The notes: generated by a model from the letters alone, not told the origin. Positions 37,052 through 48,053 are shown, counted from the stretch's first letter. The stretch: DNA of 48,467 nucleotides from an uncultured Eubacteriales bacterium (GCA_964643285.1 CAZXSP010000002.1:1-48467), one strand, 5' to 3'. Made by a program: numbers and translations.

Positions 37052-37570
37052 ATGTATGCTGATCTGTTTTTTACATTTTTTAAAATAGGCGCTTTCAGTT
37101 TTGGAGGCGGCTACGCCATGATACCCCTTATTACCAAGGAGGTTGTGGAGAAAAAATCTTGGCTCCCCATGACCGAATTCGTGGATGTCATAGCCATTTC
37201 CCAAGGTACTCCCGGACCTATTGCGATAAACGCCGCAACATACGTCGGGCACAAAGTGGCCGGGTTCATGGGCTCGGCGGCGGCTACTGTAGGAGTGGTC
37301 TTGCCCTCCTTTATCATAATGTTGGTTTTTGGAGCCCTATTTCTAAAATACTGTAGGGTTCCCTGGGTCTCAAATATGATCAAAGGCATCCGGCCTGTGG
37401 TGGTAGCATTAATCGCAGCGGCTGCTTTTTCGGTTGCACCGTCTTCCATTACGGGTCCTTTTGCGGCTGTAGTAGCGCTGGCTGTTGTGGTTCTTATCGT
37501 AAAGTTTAAAGTGGACCCTATAATTCTCCTGGTGGCTTCGGGTCTGTTGGGCATAGTTCTGTACCGGTGA
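37052..37570 (+). CDS. chrA: chromate transporter family protein (short-chain CHR, second half of a pair)
   Basis: FFKIGAFSFGGGYAMIPLITKEVVEKKSWL...AISQGTPGPIAINAATYVG. ATG 37052 follows SD AAGGAG, 4 nt after the upstream stop. Confidence 0.85.
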   Translation: MYADLFFTFFKIGAFSFGGGYAMIPLITKEVVEKKSWLPMTEFVDVIAISQGTPGPIAINAATYVGHKVAGFMGSAAATVGVVLPSFIIMLVFGALFLKYCRVPWVSNMIKGIRPVVVALIAAAAFSVAPSSITGPFAAVVALAVVVLIVKFKVDPIILLVASGLLGIVLYR

Positions 37571-37584
37571 GGGTATGCCCAGAC

Positions 37585-37613
37585 TTGGGTGTTCTAGCCA
37601 AAATGGTTATAAT
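37585..37613 (+). promoter_or_regulatory. sigma-A promoter of the glycolytic operon
   Basis: TTGGGT (37585..37590), 17 nt spacer, TATAAT (37608..37613). Confidence 0.6.
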
Positions 37614-37664
37614 GTAGATGGCTTTTCTTGTTGGCCAAGTACGCAGTGAATTGGAGGCAGCTCA

Positions 37665-38669
37665 ATGGTTAGAATCGGTGTTAACGGTTTTGGCAGCATC
37701 GGGCGACGGTTTTACCGGGCAGCACAAGGCCAGAAGCAATTTGAAATTGTAGCCGTAAACGATTTGACTGACCCGGGCACTTTGGCTCACCTTCTCAAGT
37801 ACGATTCCAACTACGGTACCATGCCTTTGGACGTTCACGCCACACCGGACGGCATCAACATAGGCGGCAAGTTTGTCAAAGTTTTGGCAGAAAGAGACCC
37901 TTCTTTGCTTCCGTGGAAAGATCTAGGCGTCGAAGTGGTAGTAGAGTCAACAGGGCGTTTTACCGACGCCAAAGGCGCGTCCTTACATCTCGAGCCGGCC
38001 GGAGCTAAAAAAGTGATCATCTCCGCGCCCGCCAAGGGCGAAGACATTACCATAGTAATGGGAGTAAACCATTCAGGGTACGACCCTCATGAACATAAAA
38101 TAATATCTAACGCTTCCTGTACGACTAATGGCTTGGCGCCGGTTGCCATGGTTTTGGATAAGGAATTTGGAATCGAGAAAGGTCTTATGACCACGATTCA
38201 CGCCTACACCAACGATCAAGTGACCCTAGATTCCCCCCACAAAGACCTGAGGCGTGGACGGGCGGCGGCTTTGAACATCATTCCGACTACTACAGGCGCC
38301 GCAAAAGCTATTGCTTTGGTCCTTCCCGAGCTCAAAGGGAAACTTAATGGAATGGCGTTCAGGGTTCCCACCCCCGCCGTTTCAGTTATCGATTTGACCC
38401 TAACAGTCGCCAAAGAGGCTACGGCAGAAAGTGTTAACAAGGCCATTGAAGATTACGCGAACGGGCCCCTGAAAGGAATTATGGGGATTACCCGCGAGCC
38501 TTTGGTTTCCTCTGATTTTAAAGGCATGAACGAATCTACTATCGTTGACGGGCTTGCCACACAAGTTTTGGGCAACCTTGTAAAGATAATTGCTTGGTAC
38601 GACAACGAATGGGGTTACAGCATGCGCTTGGTAGATCTCGTGAATTACGTGATTTCAAAAGGCCTGTAA
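37665..38669 (+). CDS. gap: glyceraldehyde-3-phosphate dehydrogenase
   Basis: [12 protein letters not shown], active site [21 protein letters not shown]. Confidence 0.96.
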   Translation: MVRIGVNGFGSIGRRFYRAAQGQKQFEIVAVNDLTDPGTLAHLLKYDSNYGTMPLDVHATPDGINIGGKFVKVLAERDPSLLPWKDLGVEVVVESTGRFTDAKGASLHLEPAGAKKVIISAPAKGEDITIVMGVNHSGYDPHEHKIISNASCTTNGLAPVAMVLDKEFGIEKGLMTTIHAYTNDQVTLDSPHKDLRRGRAAALNIIPTTTGAAKAIALVLPELKGKLNGMAFRVPTPAVSVIDLTLTVAKEATAESVNKAIEDYANGPLKGIMGITREPLVSSDFKGMNESTIVDGLATQVLGNLVKIIAWYDNEWGYSMRLVDLVNYVISKGL

Positions 38670-38702
38670 AGGCACAGATTAACCGAAGGGGGCGCATCCC
38701 GG

Positions 38703-39884
38703 GTGCCGAAAGCCACCGTAAAAAACGCAGACGTTACCGGTAAACGATGCTTAGTGCGTGTAGATTTTAACGTGCCGCTCGATGACGGCTGCATTCAGGA
38801 TGACAGCCGCATCGAAGCTTCCTTACCGACAATACGATACCTTCAAGAACACGGAGCCAAGGTTATACTCATGTCGCACTTGGGACGCCCCGGCGGGAAA
38901 ATCGTGGAAAACCTTCGGCTTTCCCCTGTGGCGAAAAGGCTTAAGGAGCTTTTGCAGCAAGATGTCGCCTATTCGGACGATTGCGTCGGTAAAAAGGCTC
39001 AAACCCTGGCAGATGGGCTCAAGCCCGGTGATGTGTTGCTGTTGGAGAATTTGCGGTTTTACGCTCAAGAAGAAAAAAACGAGCCTGAGTTCGCACAACA
39101 GCTCGCCACTTTGGGCGATATTTTCGTTAACGATGCTTTTGGCACCGCCCACAGGGCCCACGCGTCCACTGTGGGAGTGGCAAAGATCTTGCCGGCCTAC
39201 GCGGGACTTCTCATGGAAAAAGAGATCTCTGCTTTGGGTTTCTTGCTGGCCGAACCCAAAAGACCATTCACTGCTGTTATCGGAGGGGCAAAAGTATCTG
39301 ACAAGCTGGCGGTGTTATGGAACCTGCTAGACAGAGTCGACGCACTTCTGATAGGCGGCGGCATGGCCAACACTTTTCTTTTGGCAAAAGGGTACAGCGT
39401 AGGCAAATCCTTGGCTGAACCCGGCAAAGTGGAAGACGCTAAGGCAATCCTAGATAAAGCCGACAGCCTTGGAAAACTTGTTTACCTTCCTGTGGACTTT
39501 GTTGTAGCGCCAAAGCCTGAAATAGGGGTTCCTTATTCTGTGGTGGATAACGATTCCATACCGGAAGATTCCATGGCGCTTGATGTGGGCCCTGTCACGA
39601 GAAAGCTTTACTCGGTCGTAATAGACAGGTCCGAAACAGTGTTTTGGAACGGCCCTTTGGGCGTTTTTGAGCTCGAACCCTTTAGGGGCGGTACGCTTGA
39701 AATGGCGGCGGCCGTGGCGGGGATTGAGGGCTTTAGCGTGGTCGGCGGCGGTGATTCGCTTTCGGCTGTTAAGATGTCGGGGCTTTCAAAGAAAATCAGT
39801 CATTTGTCCACCGGCGGCGGCGCTTCCCTGGAGTTTCTTGAAGGGAAAGCTCTGCCGGGCGTTTCGGTTTTAAAGCCTCTTTAA
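38703..39884 (+). CDS. pgk: phosphoglycerate kinase
   Basis: RVDFNVPL, SHLGRPGG, FVNDAFGTAHRAHAST, STGGGASLEFLEGK. GTG start. Confidence 0.96.
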   Translation: MPKATVKNADVTGKRCLVRVDFNVPLDDGCIQDDSRIEASLPTIRYLQEHGAKVILMSHLGRPGGKIVENLRLSPVAKRLKELLQQDVAYSDDCVGKKAQTLADGLKPGDVLLLENLRFYAQEEKNEPEFAQQLATLGDIFVNDAFGTAHRAHASTVGVAKILPAYAGLLMEKEISALGFLLAEPKRPFTAVIGGAKVSDKLAVLWNLLDRVDALLIGGGMANTFLLAKGYSVGKSLAEPGKVEDAKAILDKADSLGKLVYLPVDFVVAPKPEIGVPYSVVDNDSIPEDSMALDVGPVTRKLYSVVIDRSETVFWNGPLGVFELEPFRGGTLEMAAAVAGIEGFSVVGGGDSLSAVKMSGLSKKISHLSTGGGASLEFLEGKALPGVSVLKPL

Positions 39885-39915
39885 CCGGGCTTAAATGGGA
39901 TGAGGAGATGACGCC

Positions 39916-40692
39916 GTGCGTGTTCCATTGCTTTCAGCAAACTGGAAAATGAACAAGACCGTGGGCGAAACTTTGGATTATGCCGGGGTGCTTTTGGGAC
40001 TCATCGAAGGCGCGAAAAAATCTTCCGGCACCAAGGCGGAGATGTTGATATGCCCCACGTTTACATCATTGCCCGCGCTTTGTTCGGTGTTTTCGGAAGG
40101 CGCGGTGAAAGTGGGCGCCCAGAACATGTACTGGGCACAAAAAGGCGCCTTCACGGGAGAAATATCCGGGTCCATGATTAAGGAGTTGGGCTGCTCTTAT
40201 GTGATCGTGGGGCATTCTGAAAGAAGAGCAATTTTCGGAGAAACCGACGACATGGTGAAGCAGAAGATACGTTCTGCTCTGGACGTAAATCTGAACCCAA
40301 TCCTTTGTGTAGGCGAAACTTTGGAGCAAAGGCAAAGTGGTGTGGCTTTTGATATTTGCGGCGCTATGGTCAGAGAAGGGCTGGAACGGGTGCAGGCCAG
40401 CGAAGTCGAGAGAATTGTTGTAGCATACGAGCCCGTTTGGGCAATTGGTACGGGCAAGGAAGCAAAACCTACAGACGCGGAAGAAATGGCCGAACATATA
40501 CGAAGCACCATCGCGGACCTATTTGGCGACGCGGCAAACGAGGTTCGGATTCTGTACGGAGGAAGCGTCAAATCCCAGAACATACGCGGATTCATGCAGC
40601 AATCCGATATCGACGGCGCACTGATTGGGGGAGCAGCGCTTGACCCCCATGAGTTCTACAGAATCGTCACAGAGGCCGAAAGGGCAAAATAG
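39916..40692 (+). CDS. tpiA: triose-phosphate isomerase
   Basis: ANWKMNK, VIVGHSERR, AYEPVWAIGTG, ILYGGSV. GTG start 8 nt after GAGGAG. Confidence 0.96.
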   Translation: MRVPLLSANWKMNKTVGETLDYAGVLLGLIEGAKKSSGTKAEMLICPTFTSLPALCSVFSEGAVKVGAQNMYWAQKGAFTGEISGSMIKELGCSYVIVGHSERRAIFGETDDMVKQKIRSALDVNLNPILCVGETLEQRQSGVAFDICGAMVREGLERVQASEVERIVVAYEPVWAIGTGKEAKPTDAEEMAEHIRSTIADLFGDAANEVRILYGGSVKSQNIRGFMQQSDIDGALIGGAALDPHEFYRIVTEAERAK

Positions 40693-42261
40693 ATGGCCAA
40701 AGAAGCCCCTAAAACCACAGGGCCTGTAGCTCTTGTAATTCTTGACGGATGGGGTATTTCCACGGATTTCCCTAATGTCGTGTCAGAAGCCGATATTCCG
40801 TTTTTTGAGGAACTTCTGCGCCAATATCCCAATTCAATCTTGCAAGCGTCCGGCGAAGCCGTGGGGCTTATGCCGGGCCAAATGGGTGACTCTAACGTGG
40901 GACACCTAAACCTGGGGGCAGGGCGCATCGTTTATCAAGATATGGTGAGGATATCGAGGCAAATCTCGGAAGGGACACTGTTTCAAAATCCCGCGCTCAA
41001 AAAAGCCATGTCCAAAGCCGCCGATAACAGTTTGCACCTCATGGGGCTTGTTTCCGACGGCGGAGTTCACAGCCTGGATAGCCACTTGTACGCGCTTTTG
41101 GAAATGGCCAAGCTCAGTGGCGTGAGCCGTGTGTACGTACACGCTTTTCTCGATGGCAGGGATGTACCGCCCGCTTCAGCCGGAACCTATCTGGAACGTC
41201 TTGAAAAGAAAATGGAAAGCATAGGCGTGGGCAAGCTTTCGTCTGTTACAGGAAGATTCTACGCCATGGATAGGGATAAGAGATGGGACCGTTTGGAAAA
41301 GGCTTACAAAATGCTTACCCAAGGTTCGGGCGCCACGGCGCCTGATTGGCATTATGCCCTTGAAGAATCATACAAAAAAGGTATAACCGACGAATTTGTT
41401 CTCCCTACCAGGTTGTCTGATAAGGATTTCGTGCCGATTCAAAAAGGCGATTCGGTTGTGTTTTTCAACTATAGAGCTGACCGCGCCAGGGAGATTACCC
41501 ACGCATTCGTAGATGATGATTACGATTCGTTTAACCGCGGCCCCAAACTGGGAGTCTACTTTTGCGCGATGATGCGATATGAAGAAGGCATTTTGGGCGA
41601 ATACGCCTATGAACCGCTTGTCCTGGAGAACACCTTGGGGGAAGTGGTGTCGACTCACGGATTATCGCAGCTCCGGATAGCGGAAACCGAAAAATACGCC
41701 CACGTCACGTTTTTCTTTAACGGTAAGAAGGACCAACCTTTCCCCGGGGAAAAGCGAATCTTGATACCCTCTCCCAAGGATGTGCCAACTTACGATCTAA
41801 AACCAGAAATGAGCGCGGTCCAAGTTACTGATGCCGCAATTGAAGAACTGAGGAATAATGACTACGATTTTGTTGTTCTGAACTACGCCAACCCGGACAT
41901 GGTGGGCCACACAGGGGTGTTTTCGGCCGCTAAGAGGGCTTTGGAAATAGTGGACAAATGTCTTGCCCGTTTTCTAAACGAAGTGTTGCGCCTGGGGGGT
42001 GCGGCGTTGGTTCTGGCCGATCACGGTAACATAGAAGATCTTAAACCCGAAGGAAAAGGCGCCCACACCTACCATTCCCATAATCCGGTGCCCTGTATCT
42101 TGGTGGGAGGCGGGCGTGATCTCAGCCTCAAGAACGGTCTTTTGGCGGATGTTGCGCCCACTATTTTGGAACTTTTGGGCATACCAAAGCCAAAGGAAAT
42201 GGACAGGAATAGCCTTATTACCAGGGCGATGGAGGGTGGCAAAAATGGCGGAAATTGTTGA
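40693..42261 (+). CDS. gpmI: 2,3-bisphosphoglycerate-independent phosphoglycerate mutase
   Basis: [50 protein letters not shown]. The ATG directly abuts the tpiA stop. Confidence 0.95.
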   Translation: MAKEAPKTTGPVALVILDGWGISTDFPNVVSEADIPFFEELLRQYPNSILQASGEAVGLMPGQMGDSNVGHLNLGAGRIVYQDMVRISRQISEGTLFQNPALKKAMSKAADNSLHLMGLVSDGGVHSLDSHLYALLEMAKLSGVSRVYVHAFLDGRDVPPASAGTYLERLEKKMESIGVGKLSSVTGRFYAMDRDKRWDRLEKAYKMLTQGSGATAPDWHYALEESYKKGITDEFVLPTRLSDKDFVPIQKGDSVVFFNYRADRAREITHAFVDDDYDSFNRGPKLGVYFCAMMRYEEGILGEYAYEPLVLENTLGEVVSTHGLSQLRIAETEKYAHVTFFFNGKKDQPFPGEKRILIPSPKDVPTYDLKPEMSAVQVTDAAIEELRNNDYDFVVLNYANPDMVGHTGVFSAAKRALEIVDKCLARFLNEVLRLGGAALVLADHGNIEDLKPEGKGAHTYHSHNPVPCILVGGGRDLSLKNGLLADVAPTILELLGIPKPKEMDRNSLITRAMEGGKNGGNC

Positions 42262-43528
42262 TATTAGGGCGAGGCAGATTTTGGATTCTCGCGGTAATCC
42301 TACTGTAGAGGCCGACGTCTTGCTTGCCGATGGTTCTTTTGGCCGCGGAGCTGTGCCGTCAGGCGCTTCCACGGGAACCCACGAAGCGCTCGAGCTTCGC
42401 GACAAACAGAAGGCCTTTGGCGGGAAAAGCGTGTACAAAGCGATATCCAATATTATCGAAGTTATCGCCCCTAGTATCATGGGCATGGAAGCTCAAGAAC
42501 AGGCTGAAATCGATAAGGCTATGGTTGAGCTGGATGGAACGCAAAACAAAACTAAGCTTGGGGCCAACGCCATACTTGCGGTATCCATGGCCGTGGCGTC
42601 TGCCTCCGGCCAATCCACCGGGCAGCCTTTGTACCGTTATTTAGGCGGCATCGCGGCAAGAACCCTTCCGGTTCCTTTTATGAACGTCTTAAACGGCGGT
42701 CAGCACGCCGACAACAACGTGGATATACAGGAGTTCATGATCGTGCCCGCAGGCGCCGACAATTTTGCGCATGCCTTTCAAATGGGGGCCGAAATATACC
42801 AGGCTCTTAAGGCACTTCTAAAATCCAAAGGTTTGAGCGCCTCTGTAGGGGATGAAGGCGGTTTTGCCCCGAATCTGAAATCCAACGAGGAAGCTTTGGA
42901 ATTTCTGACAGCTGCCATCAAAAAAGCGGGGTACGCCCCGGGCCGTGATTGCTTTCTGGCCATTGATGCCGCGGCATCGGAGTTTTTCAAAGAAGGAAGA
43001 TATGCGCTGGAAGGCGAGAATTGGAGCGGTGACGCGGCAGAGCTGGTAGATAAATATCGAAACTGGGTTGAGACATATCCCATCGTTTCCATCGAAGACG
43101 GGCTGGCCGAGGACGACTGGGAAGGATGGGTGGTCCTCACCAGGACTTTGGGCGACAAAGTGCAGATAATAGGAGACGACTTGTTTGTTACTCAAAAGGC
43201 CAGAGTAGTAAAAGGCATACAAACAGGGGCTGCTAACTCGGTTCTCATAAAGCTTAACCAAGTAGGAACTGTAACCGAGACTCTCGATACTATCGAGACC
43301 GCGCGTTTAGCCGGATACCGATGGCTCGTATCGCACCGTTCCGGCGAGACCGAAGATTCGTTTATCGCTGATTTCTCGGTGGCTTGCAACAGCGGACAAA
43401 TCAAAACCGGCGCCCCGGCAAGAAGTGAAAGGGTTGCAAAGTACAACCAGTTATTAAGGATAGAGGAAGAATTGGGCAAGGCGGCGCTTTTCGGTTCCAA
43501 AGTTGTTCTTCCAGGTAAAGTGCTTTAA
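42245..43528 (+). CDS. eno: enolase
   Basis: [66 protein letters not shown] 42245 overlaps the gpmI 3' end by 17 nt; the track ORF starts at 42116. Confidence 0.96.
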   Translation: MAEIVDIRARQILDSRGNPTVEADVLLADGSFGRGAVPSGASTGTHEALELRDKQKAFGGKSVYKAISNIIEVIAPSIMGMEAQEQAEIDKAMVELDGTQNKTKLGANAILAVSMAVASASGQSTGQPLYRYLGGIAARTLPVPFMNVLNGGQHADNNVDIQEFMIVPAGADNFAHAFQMGAEIYQALKALLKSKGLSASVGDEGGFAPNLKSNEEALEFLTAAIKKAGYAPGRDCFLAIDAAASEFFKEGRYALEGENWSGDAAELVDKYRNWVETYPIVSIEDGLAEDDWEGWVVLTRTLGDKVQIIGDDLFVTQKARVVKGIQTGAANSVLIKLNQVGTVTETLDTIETARLAGYRWLVSHRSGETEDSFIADFSVACNSGQIKTGAPARSERVAKYNQLLRIEEELGKAALFGSKVVLPGKVL

Positions 43529-43609
43529 AGAGTGTTCTCTGTGTCTGTGGACGCCAAGGCTTCTTTTAGGTTAGAATCTGCATTAGGTGTTGGGAAAGAG
43601 GTGTGAGCC

Positions 43610-43858
43610 TTGTTGCTTACAGTTGTAAGAATCATTCATTGGATACTAACCATTGGCCTTATTACAGTTGTCGTTATGCAACCCGAAAGAAGTGCGGGGT
43701 TCAGCAGCATGCTGGGCGGGGCTTCTGAGGGAATCATGGGCGGGCGCAGGCGAAAAGGTTTTGACGCTCTGTTGGCGAAGCTCACGGTTTATCTTGCGGT
43801 GGGCTTTGTCGTAAGCGCTATAATGCTTAGCGTGTTGCGCAAAGGGACGACCGGGTAA
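43610..43858 (+). CDS. secG: preprotein translocase subunit SecG
   Basis: 82 aa with two TM helices and a Gly-rich loop (SAGFSSMLGGASEGIMGG). Located after eno, as in many Firmicutes. TTG start. Confidence 0.85.
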   Translation: MLLTVVRIIHWILTIGLITVVVMQPERSAGFSSMLGGASEGIMGGRRRKGFDALLAKLTVYLAVGFVVSAIMLSVLRKGTTG

Positions 43859-43865
43859 GTTTTTG

Positions 43866-43890
43866 AAGCGGCTGAAAGAGGCCGCTTTTG
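43866..43890 (+). terminator. terminator after secG
   Basis: AAGCGGC-tgaaagag-GCCGCTT followed by TTG (short T tract). Confidence 0.6.
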
Positions 43891-43983
43891 GGGGGACAAG
43901 CCCCTTTACGTTAAGTTCACATGCTGGATTCCTTGCTTGTAAATATTAACCGCGTGTGGAAGCGACGAAAGGAGTTCTATTTC

Positions 43984-46017
43984 TTGCCAAGTCTTGAATG
44001 GGCGTACCTCGCCCCCGTTACAGGCGTAACGGCACTACTGTTTATGCTGTACTTACGTTCCAAAGTAATGGCGTCAGATCCCGGCACTGAAGACATGCGG
44101 CGGGTATCAAAAGCCATTAGTGAGGGAGCTATGGCATTTCTTCGCAGGGAGTACTCGGTCTTAAGTCTGTTTGTGGTGGTTGTCGCCGCCGCTATGTTTT
44201 TAATAGGACGCGTGAGTCCGCCGGAGGTTTTGCGGCCGGCCACTTCTTTTGCTTTTGTCTTGGGCGCCGTAACATCCGCACTTGCCGGGTTTATAGGGAT
44301 GGGAATTGCTACGGCAGCCAACTCGAGAACCGCGCAAGCAGCCAAAAAGGGAGCTTCTCCGGCGCTTGTTGTCGCCTTTTCCGGCGGCGCGGTCATGGGA
44401 ATGACCGTTGTGGGCCTGGCGATTTTGGGCCTGGGTATAGTCCTTTTGTTGTTCGGAGATTTGCAGGACATTACATCTTTTAACGTGATAAACGGCTTTG
44501 CCTTCGGCGCAAGCTCTATTGCTCTTTTTGCCAGGGTTGGCGGGGGAATATACACAAAGGCTGCTGACGTGGGCGCCGATCTTGTGGGTAAAGTTGAAGC
44601 CGGTATTCCTGAAGACGACCCCCGAAACCCCGCTGTTATAGCCGATAACGTGGGAGACAACGTTGGGGATGTGGCAGGGATGGGCGCCGACTTATTCGAG
44701 TCGTTTGCCGGTTCAATCGTTGCCGCCATGGCTATAGGGGCCATGACAACGGCGGGCGGCGGCCCGGGTACTTGGGTGTTTCTGCCTATCGCCATAACCT
44801 GCATCGGCATAGTCTCTTCCATCATAAGTACCGTGTTGGTCAGAGTTGTGCGAAGCGACCCTTCCTTTTCGCTTAGGATGGGTTCTTTTGTAGCGAGCAT
44901 TCTGACGCTTATCGGTACTTACCTAACTGTTGTACATTTTACCGGCACGTCTATGCTATTTTGGCCCGTGTTAGCAGGGGTCGTGGCCGGTGTGGTCATC
45001 GGGCTTCTTTCCGAGTTGTACACTTCGGCTGACTATAAGTCGGTGAAAGGAATCGCCGAGTCGTCCAAAAGCGGCGCAGCCACAAACGTCATCGAGGGTC
45101 TTGCCGTGGGGATGAAGTCTACTGCTATTCCTATTCTGCTCATATCCATAGCTATTTTGGTGGCATACAAAGCAGGGGACGCCGGCGGAACCGGCGGGCT
45201 CTACGGTGTGGCGTTGGCTGCAGTTGGGATGTTGTCTACGGCCGGAATAACTGTGGCTGTGGATGCTTACGGCCCCATAGCCGATAACGCTGGCGGCATT
45301 GCGGAAATGACCCATCAGCCAGAAAAGGTTCGGCAAGTTACCGATTCTTTAGATTCTCTGGGAAACACGACAGCTGCCTTGGGCAAGGGGTTGGCTATCG
45401 GTTCAGCGGCCTTGACTGCTTTGGCTTTGTTCTCGGCATATTCGCAAGCCGCGGGCCTTGTCACAATTGACATATTGGCGCCTCAGGTCATCGCAGGTAT
45501 GTTAATAGGCGGCATGCTGCCGTTTCTTTTTTCGGCTTTTACCATGGAAGCAGTTGGCATCACAGCCAACCGTATGGTTGAAGAAGTGAGAAGACAGTTT
45601 AGGGAAATACCGGGACTTATGAAGGGCGAAGGAACGCCCGACTACGCGCGGTGTGTCGATATTTCAACTTTGGGCGCGCTTAGGCAGATGGTTTTACCGG
45701 GCTTAATGGCTATTGCCGCTCCTCTCCTCACCGGGTTTGTCCTGGGAAAGGAAGCCTTAGCGGGGCTTTTGGCGGGCAGCCTGGTTACGGGTGTGCTTTT
45801 GGCCATAATGCTCGCTAACGCAGGCGGAGCTTGGGACAACGCCAAAAAGTATATTGAGGCAGGGAATTTGGGCGGAAAAGGCACAAGCGTTCACGCGGCC
45901 GCTGTAGTAGGCGATACAGTAGGAGATCCGTGCAAAGACACCGCGGGGCCTTCGATCAACATTTTGATAAAACTCATGAGCATAGTAGCTCTGGTGTTTG
46001 CGCCGCTAATTAGGTAA
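43984..46017 (+). CDS. hppA: membrane-integral ion-translocating pyrophosphatase (K+-dependent type signature)
   Basis: [30 protein letters not shown] (Ala rather than Lys after GNTT), [26 protein letters not shown] 43984 lies 9 nt after AAAGGAG; the track ORF starts at 43921. Confidence 0.92.
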   Translation: MPSLEWAYLAPVTGVTALLFMLYLRSKVMASDPGTEDMRRVSKAISEGAMAFLRREYSVLSLFVVVVAAAMFLIGRVSPPEVLRPATSFAFVLGAVTSALAGFIGMGIATAANSRTAQAAKKGASPALVVAFSGGAVMGMTVVGLAILGLGIVLLLFGDLQDITSFNVINGFAFGASSIALFARVGGGIYTKAADVGADLVGKVEAGIPEDDPRNPAVIADNVGDNVGDVAGMGADLFESFAGSIVAAMAIGAMTTAGGGPGTWVFLPIAITCIGIVSSIISTVLVRVVRSDPSFSLRMGSFVASILTLIGTYLTVVHFTGTSMLFWPVLAGVVAGVVIGLLSELYTSADYKSVKGIAESSKSGAATNVIEGLAVGMKSTAIPILLISIAILVAYKAGDAGGTGGLYGVALAAVGMLSTAGITVAVDAYGPIADNAGGIAEMTHQPEKVRQVTDSLDSLGNTTAALGKGLAIGSAALTALALFSAYSQAAGLVTIDILAPQVIAGMLIGGMLPFLFSAFTMEAVGITANRMVEEVRRQFREIPGLMKGEGTPDYARCVDISTLGALRQMVLPGLMAIAAPLLTGFVLGKEALAGLLAGSLVTGVLLAIMLANAGGAWDNAKKYIEAGNLGGKGTSVHAAAVVGDTVGDPCKDTAGPSINILIKLMSIVALVFAPLIR

Positions 46018-46038
46018 GCTATTTTCAGACATGGTTAA

Positions 46039-46080
46039 CTGACCTTTTCTCTTACCCTAGAGGAAAGGTCAGATGTGTTT
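46039..46080 (+). terminator. terminator after hppA
   Basis: 14-bp stem CTGACCTTTTCTCT / AGAGGAAAGGTCAG (one G-U pair) with loop TACCCT, followed by ATGTGTTT. Confidence 0.7.
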
Positions 46081-46106
46081 ATACTGTTCATTCGGGGTGA
46101 ATGTTT

Positions 46107-46658
46107 ATGACACGCGACGAACTTGTTTTGGAAGTGAAAAATAGAATCCCTACAAAGAATTTATTCAAGCACATACTGGCGGTTGAGGCTGTCATGAGAA
46201 GGTTGGCTGAGCATTTCGGCGAAGACACAGAACGCTGGGGAGATGCCGGACTTCTACACGACATAGACTACGAAGAAACCAAAGATGATCCGGCCACGCA
46301 CAGTCTTTTGTCGGGCAAAATTGCTGAAGACTTGGGCTATGACAAAGAAATAGTCGACGCTGTAAAAGCCCACAACGAGTATCACGGGTTGCCAAGGGAT
46401 ACTAACATGTCCAAGGCGCTTTATTCAGCAGACCCATTGACCGGGCTTATCGTGGCTTCAGCCCTTATAAGCCCCGGTAAAAAGCTTTCGGGTATCGATG
46501 CTGACTTCGTGTTGAATAGGATGGCAGAAAAATCTTTCGCTAGGGGCGCCAACCGAGATACTATAAGGTCATGCAGCGAATTGGGCCTGGACTTAAGAGA
46601 ATTTGTATCCATGGGCCTTGAAGCTATGCAAGGTATAAGCAAAGAACTTGGTTTGTAG
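46107..46658 (+). CDS. HD-domain metal-dependent phosphohydrolase (function unknown)
   Basis: KHILAVEAVMRRLAEHFGED...GLLHDIDYE (H...HD). ATG 46107 is better spaced from GGGGTGA than ATG 46101. Confidence 0.75.
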   Translation: MTRDELVLEVKNRIPTKNLFKHILAVEAVMRRLAEHFGEDTERWGDAGLLHDIDYEETKDDPATHSLLSGKIAEDLGYDKEIVDAVKAHNEYHGLPRDTNMSKALYSADPLTGLIVASALISPGKKLSGIDADFVLNRMAEKSFARGANRDTIRSCSELGLDLREFVSMGLEAMQGISKELGL

Positions 46659-46684
46659 CCGGACTTTGCGGGAAGTGAGCAGTT

Positions 46685-47158
46685 ATGGATAAGGAAGAAA
46701 GGTACAAGCGAATAGCCGAGAACCGCAAGGCTCGGCACAATTACACCATAGAAGACACCATCGAGGCCGGTATAGCGCTTATCGGTACCGAGGTGAAATC
46801 CCTAAGGGCGGGACGTGCCAATTTGGGCGACAGTTATGCCGAAATTGTGGGCGGAGAAGTTTTTTTGAAGAACGTCCACATAGACCAATACGAGCCTGCC
46901 GCCCAATTTAACCATGACCCCCTTCGTCACAGGCGGCTTCTTTTGCACAAAAGTGAAATCCGAAAACTTGCGGGTAAGGTAGCGGAGCGAGGATACACTT
47001 TGGTGCCGCTCTCTATGTATTTTAAAGACGGCAAAGTCAAAGTGAACCTGGCCTTGGCTCGGGGCAAGAGATCTTACGACAAACGCGAGACCATCAAGAA
47101 GAGGGACCAGTCACGGGAAACTATGAGGGCACTGAGAGCCAGAGACCGCGACAGATAG
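46685..47158 (+). CDS. smpB: SsrA-binding protein SmpB
   Basis: IAENRKARHNYTIEDTIEAGIALIGTEVKSLR...RRLLLHKSEIRKL...GYTLVPLSMYFKDGKVKVNLALARGK. Confidence 0.96.
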   Translation: MDKEERYKRIAENRKARHNYTIEDTIEAGIALIGTEVKSLRAGRANLGDSYAEIVGGEVFLKNVHIDQYEPAAQFNHDPLRHRRLLLHKSEIRKLAGKVAERGYTLVPLSMYFKDGKVKVNLALARGKRSYDKRETIKKRDQSRETMRALRARDRDR

Positions 47159-47163
47159 CGGAA

Positions 47164-47191
47164 GGCGGAATGTGCCGTGACACATCCCGCC
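47164..47191. terminator. hairpin between convergent smpB and xth (possible bidirectional terminator)
   Basis: GGCGGAATGTG-ccgtga-CACATCCCGCC (one A/C mismatch). The flanks lack good U tracts on either strand. Confidence 0.45.
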
Positions 47192-47196
47192 AAAAC

Positions 47197-47955
47197 TTAA
47201 AGGTCCGAAATCACAAGCCCCACAGGGCAATGATCGCTGCCTAACACATCATCATAAATCAGTGCGTCTTCAATATTGTTCTTAAGCCTTTCGGATACCA
47301 AAAAGTAATCTATTCTCCATCCCACGTTGTTTTGCCTTGCGTTGAACATGTACGACCACCAAGTGTAGGCTTCTTCTTTGTCGGGATACAGGTGCCGGAA
47401 AGTATCAACAAAGCCGGCATCTAAAAGCTCAGTCATCTTTTGCCGTTCCTGCGGCGAAAAGCCCGCATTCTTCTGATTGGTAGCCGGGTTTTTCAAATCG
47501 ATTTCCTTGTGGGCGACGTTAAGATCCCCACAAACTATGACTGGCTTGCGTTTATCCAAATCTGTCAAATGTGAAACGTAATCGTCTTGCCAGACCATGC
47601 GGTAGTCAAGACGCGCAAGACCGCGCTGTGAGTTGGGCGCGTAAGTATTAACCAAGAAAAAGTTATCGTACTCCAAAGTGATTATGCGTCCTTCTTGATT
47701 GTGCTCTTCTTTGTCTAGGTCGTGTTCCACATTAAGCGGTTGAGATTTGGCGTAAACTGCGGTTCCCGAATACCCTTTTTTCACCGCGCTGTTGAGGAAA
47801 AGTTCATATCCTTCTTGATCAATTTCCGCTTGGCCGGGTTGTAGCTTAGTCTCTTGTATGCAGAACAAATCGGCGTCGCAAGAGCTGAAGAAATCAGCAA
47901 AACCTTTATTTAAACAGGCGCGCAGGCCGTTTACGTTCCATGATATGAGCTTCAC
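47197..47955 (-). CDS. xth: exodeoxyribonuclease III (AP endonuclease)
   Basis: MKLISWNVNGLRA, CIQETK, VCGDLNVAH, SDHCPV. GTG start after GGGGAGGG. Confidence 0.94.
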   Translation of the reverse strand: MKLISWNVNGLRACLNKGFADFFSSCDADLFCIQETKLQPGQAEIDQEGYELFLNSAVKKGYSGTAVYAKSQPLNVEHDLDKEEHNQEGRIITLEYDNFFLVNTYAPNSQRGLARLDYRMVWQDDYVSHLTDLDKRKPVIVCGDLNVAHKEIDLKNPATNQKNAGFSPQERQKMTELLDAGFVDTFRHLYPDKEEAYTWWSYMFNARQNNVGWRIDYFLVSERLKNNIEDALIYDDVLGSDHCPVGLVISDL

Positions 47956-48024
47956 TGACGGTTTCCCTCCCCAATGATAATGGTTAGCAAGTCAATTCTA
48001 ACCCACCCGCGTGGGTTTGTGTGT

Positions 48025-48053
48025 TTGTAAGGCCGAACAAATCGTGTTAATAT
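48025..48053 (+). promoter_or_regulatory. candidate sigma-A promoter of ssrA
   Basis: TTGTAA (48025..48030), 17 nt spacer, TAATAT (48048..48053), about 58 nt upstream of the mature tmRNA 5' end. Confidence 0.5.

Noticed and set aside
38782-39330. 182-aa +strand ORF in an alternative frame of pgk, and a similar one at 36890..37051 upstream of the second chrA half
   Set aside because: These are out-of-frame overlaps with strongly conserved genes. The Trp/Cys/Arg-rich composition is typical of off-frame translation.
43977-44900. 307-aa minus-strand ORF, and similar long antisense ORFs at 20910..21677, 24736..25410, 26567..27241, 8964..9518 and 5988..6590
   Set aside because: Each lies entirely antisense to a well-supported conserved gene (hppA, glyS, ppdK, SLH protein, rsmE/pdaB, chaperonin). 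Their composition is low-complexity (Pro/Ala/Ser/Arg-rich) and no SD or family motifs are present. These are typical shadow ORFs.
48002-48030. Hairpin AACCCAC-CCGC-GTGGGTT followed by TGTGTGTTTG as a terminator
   Set aside because: No + strand gene ends upstream of it, because xth is on the minus strand and starts at 47955. It lies in the divergent xth/ssrA control region and overlaps the candidate ssrA -35 box, so a terminator role is unsupported.
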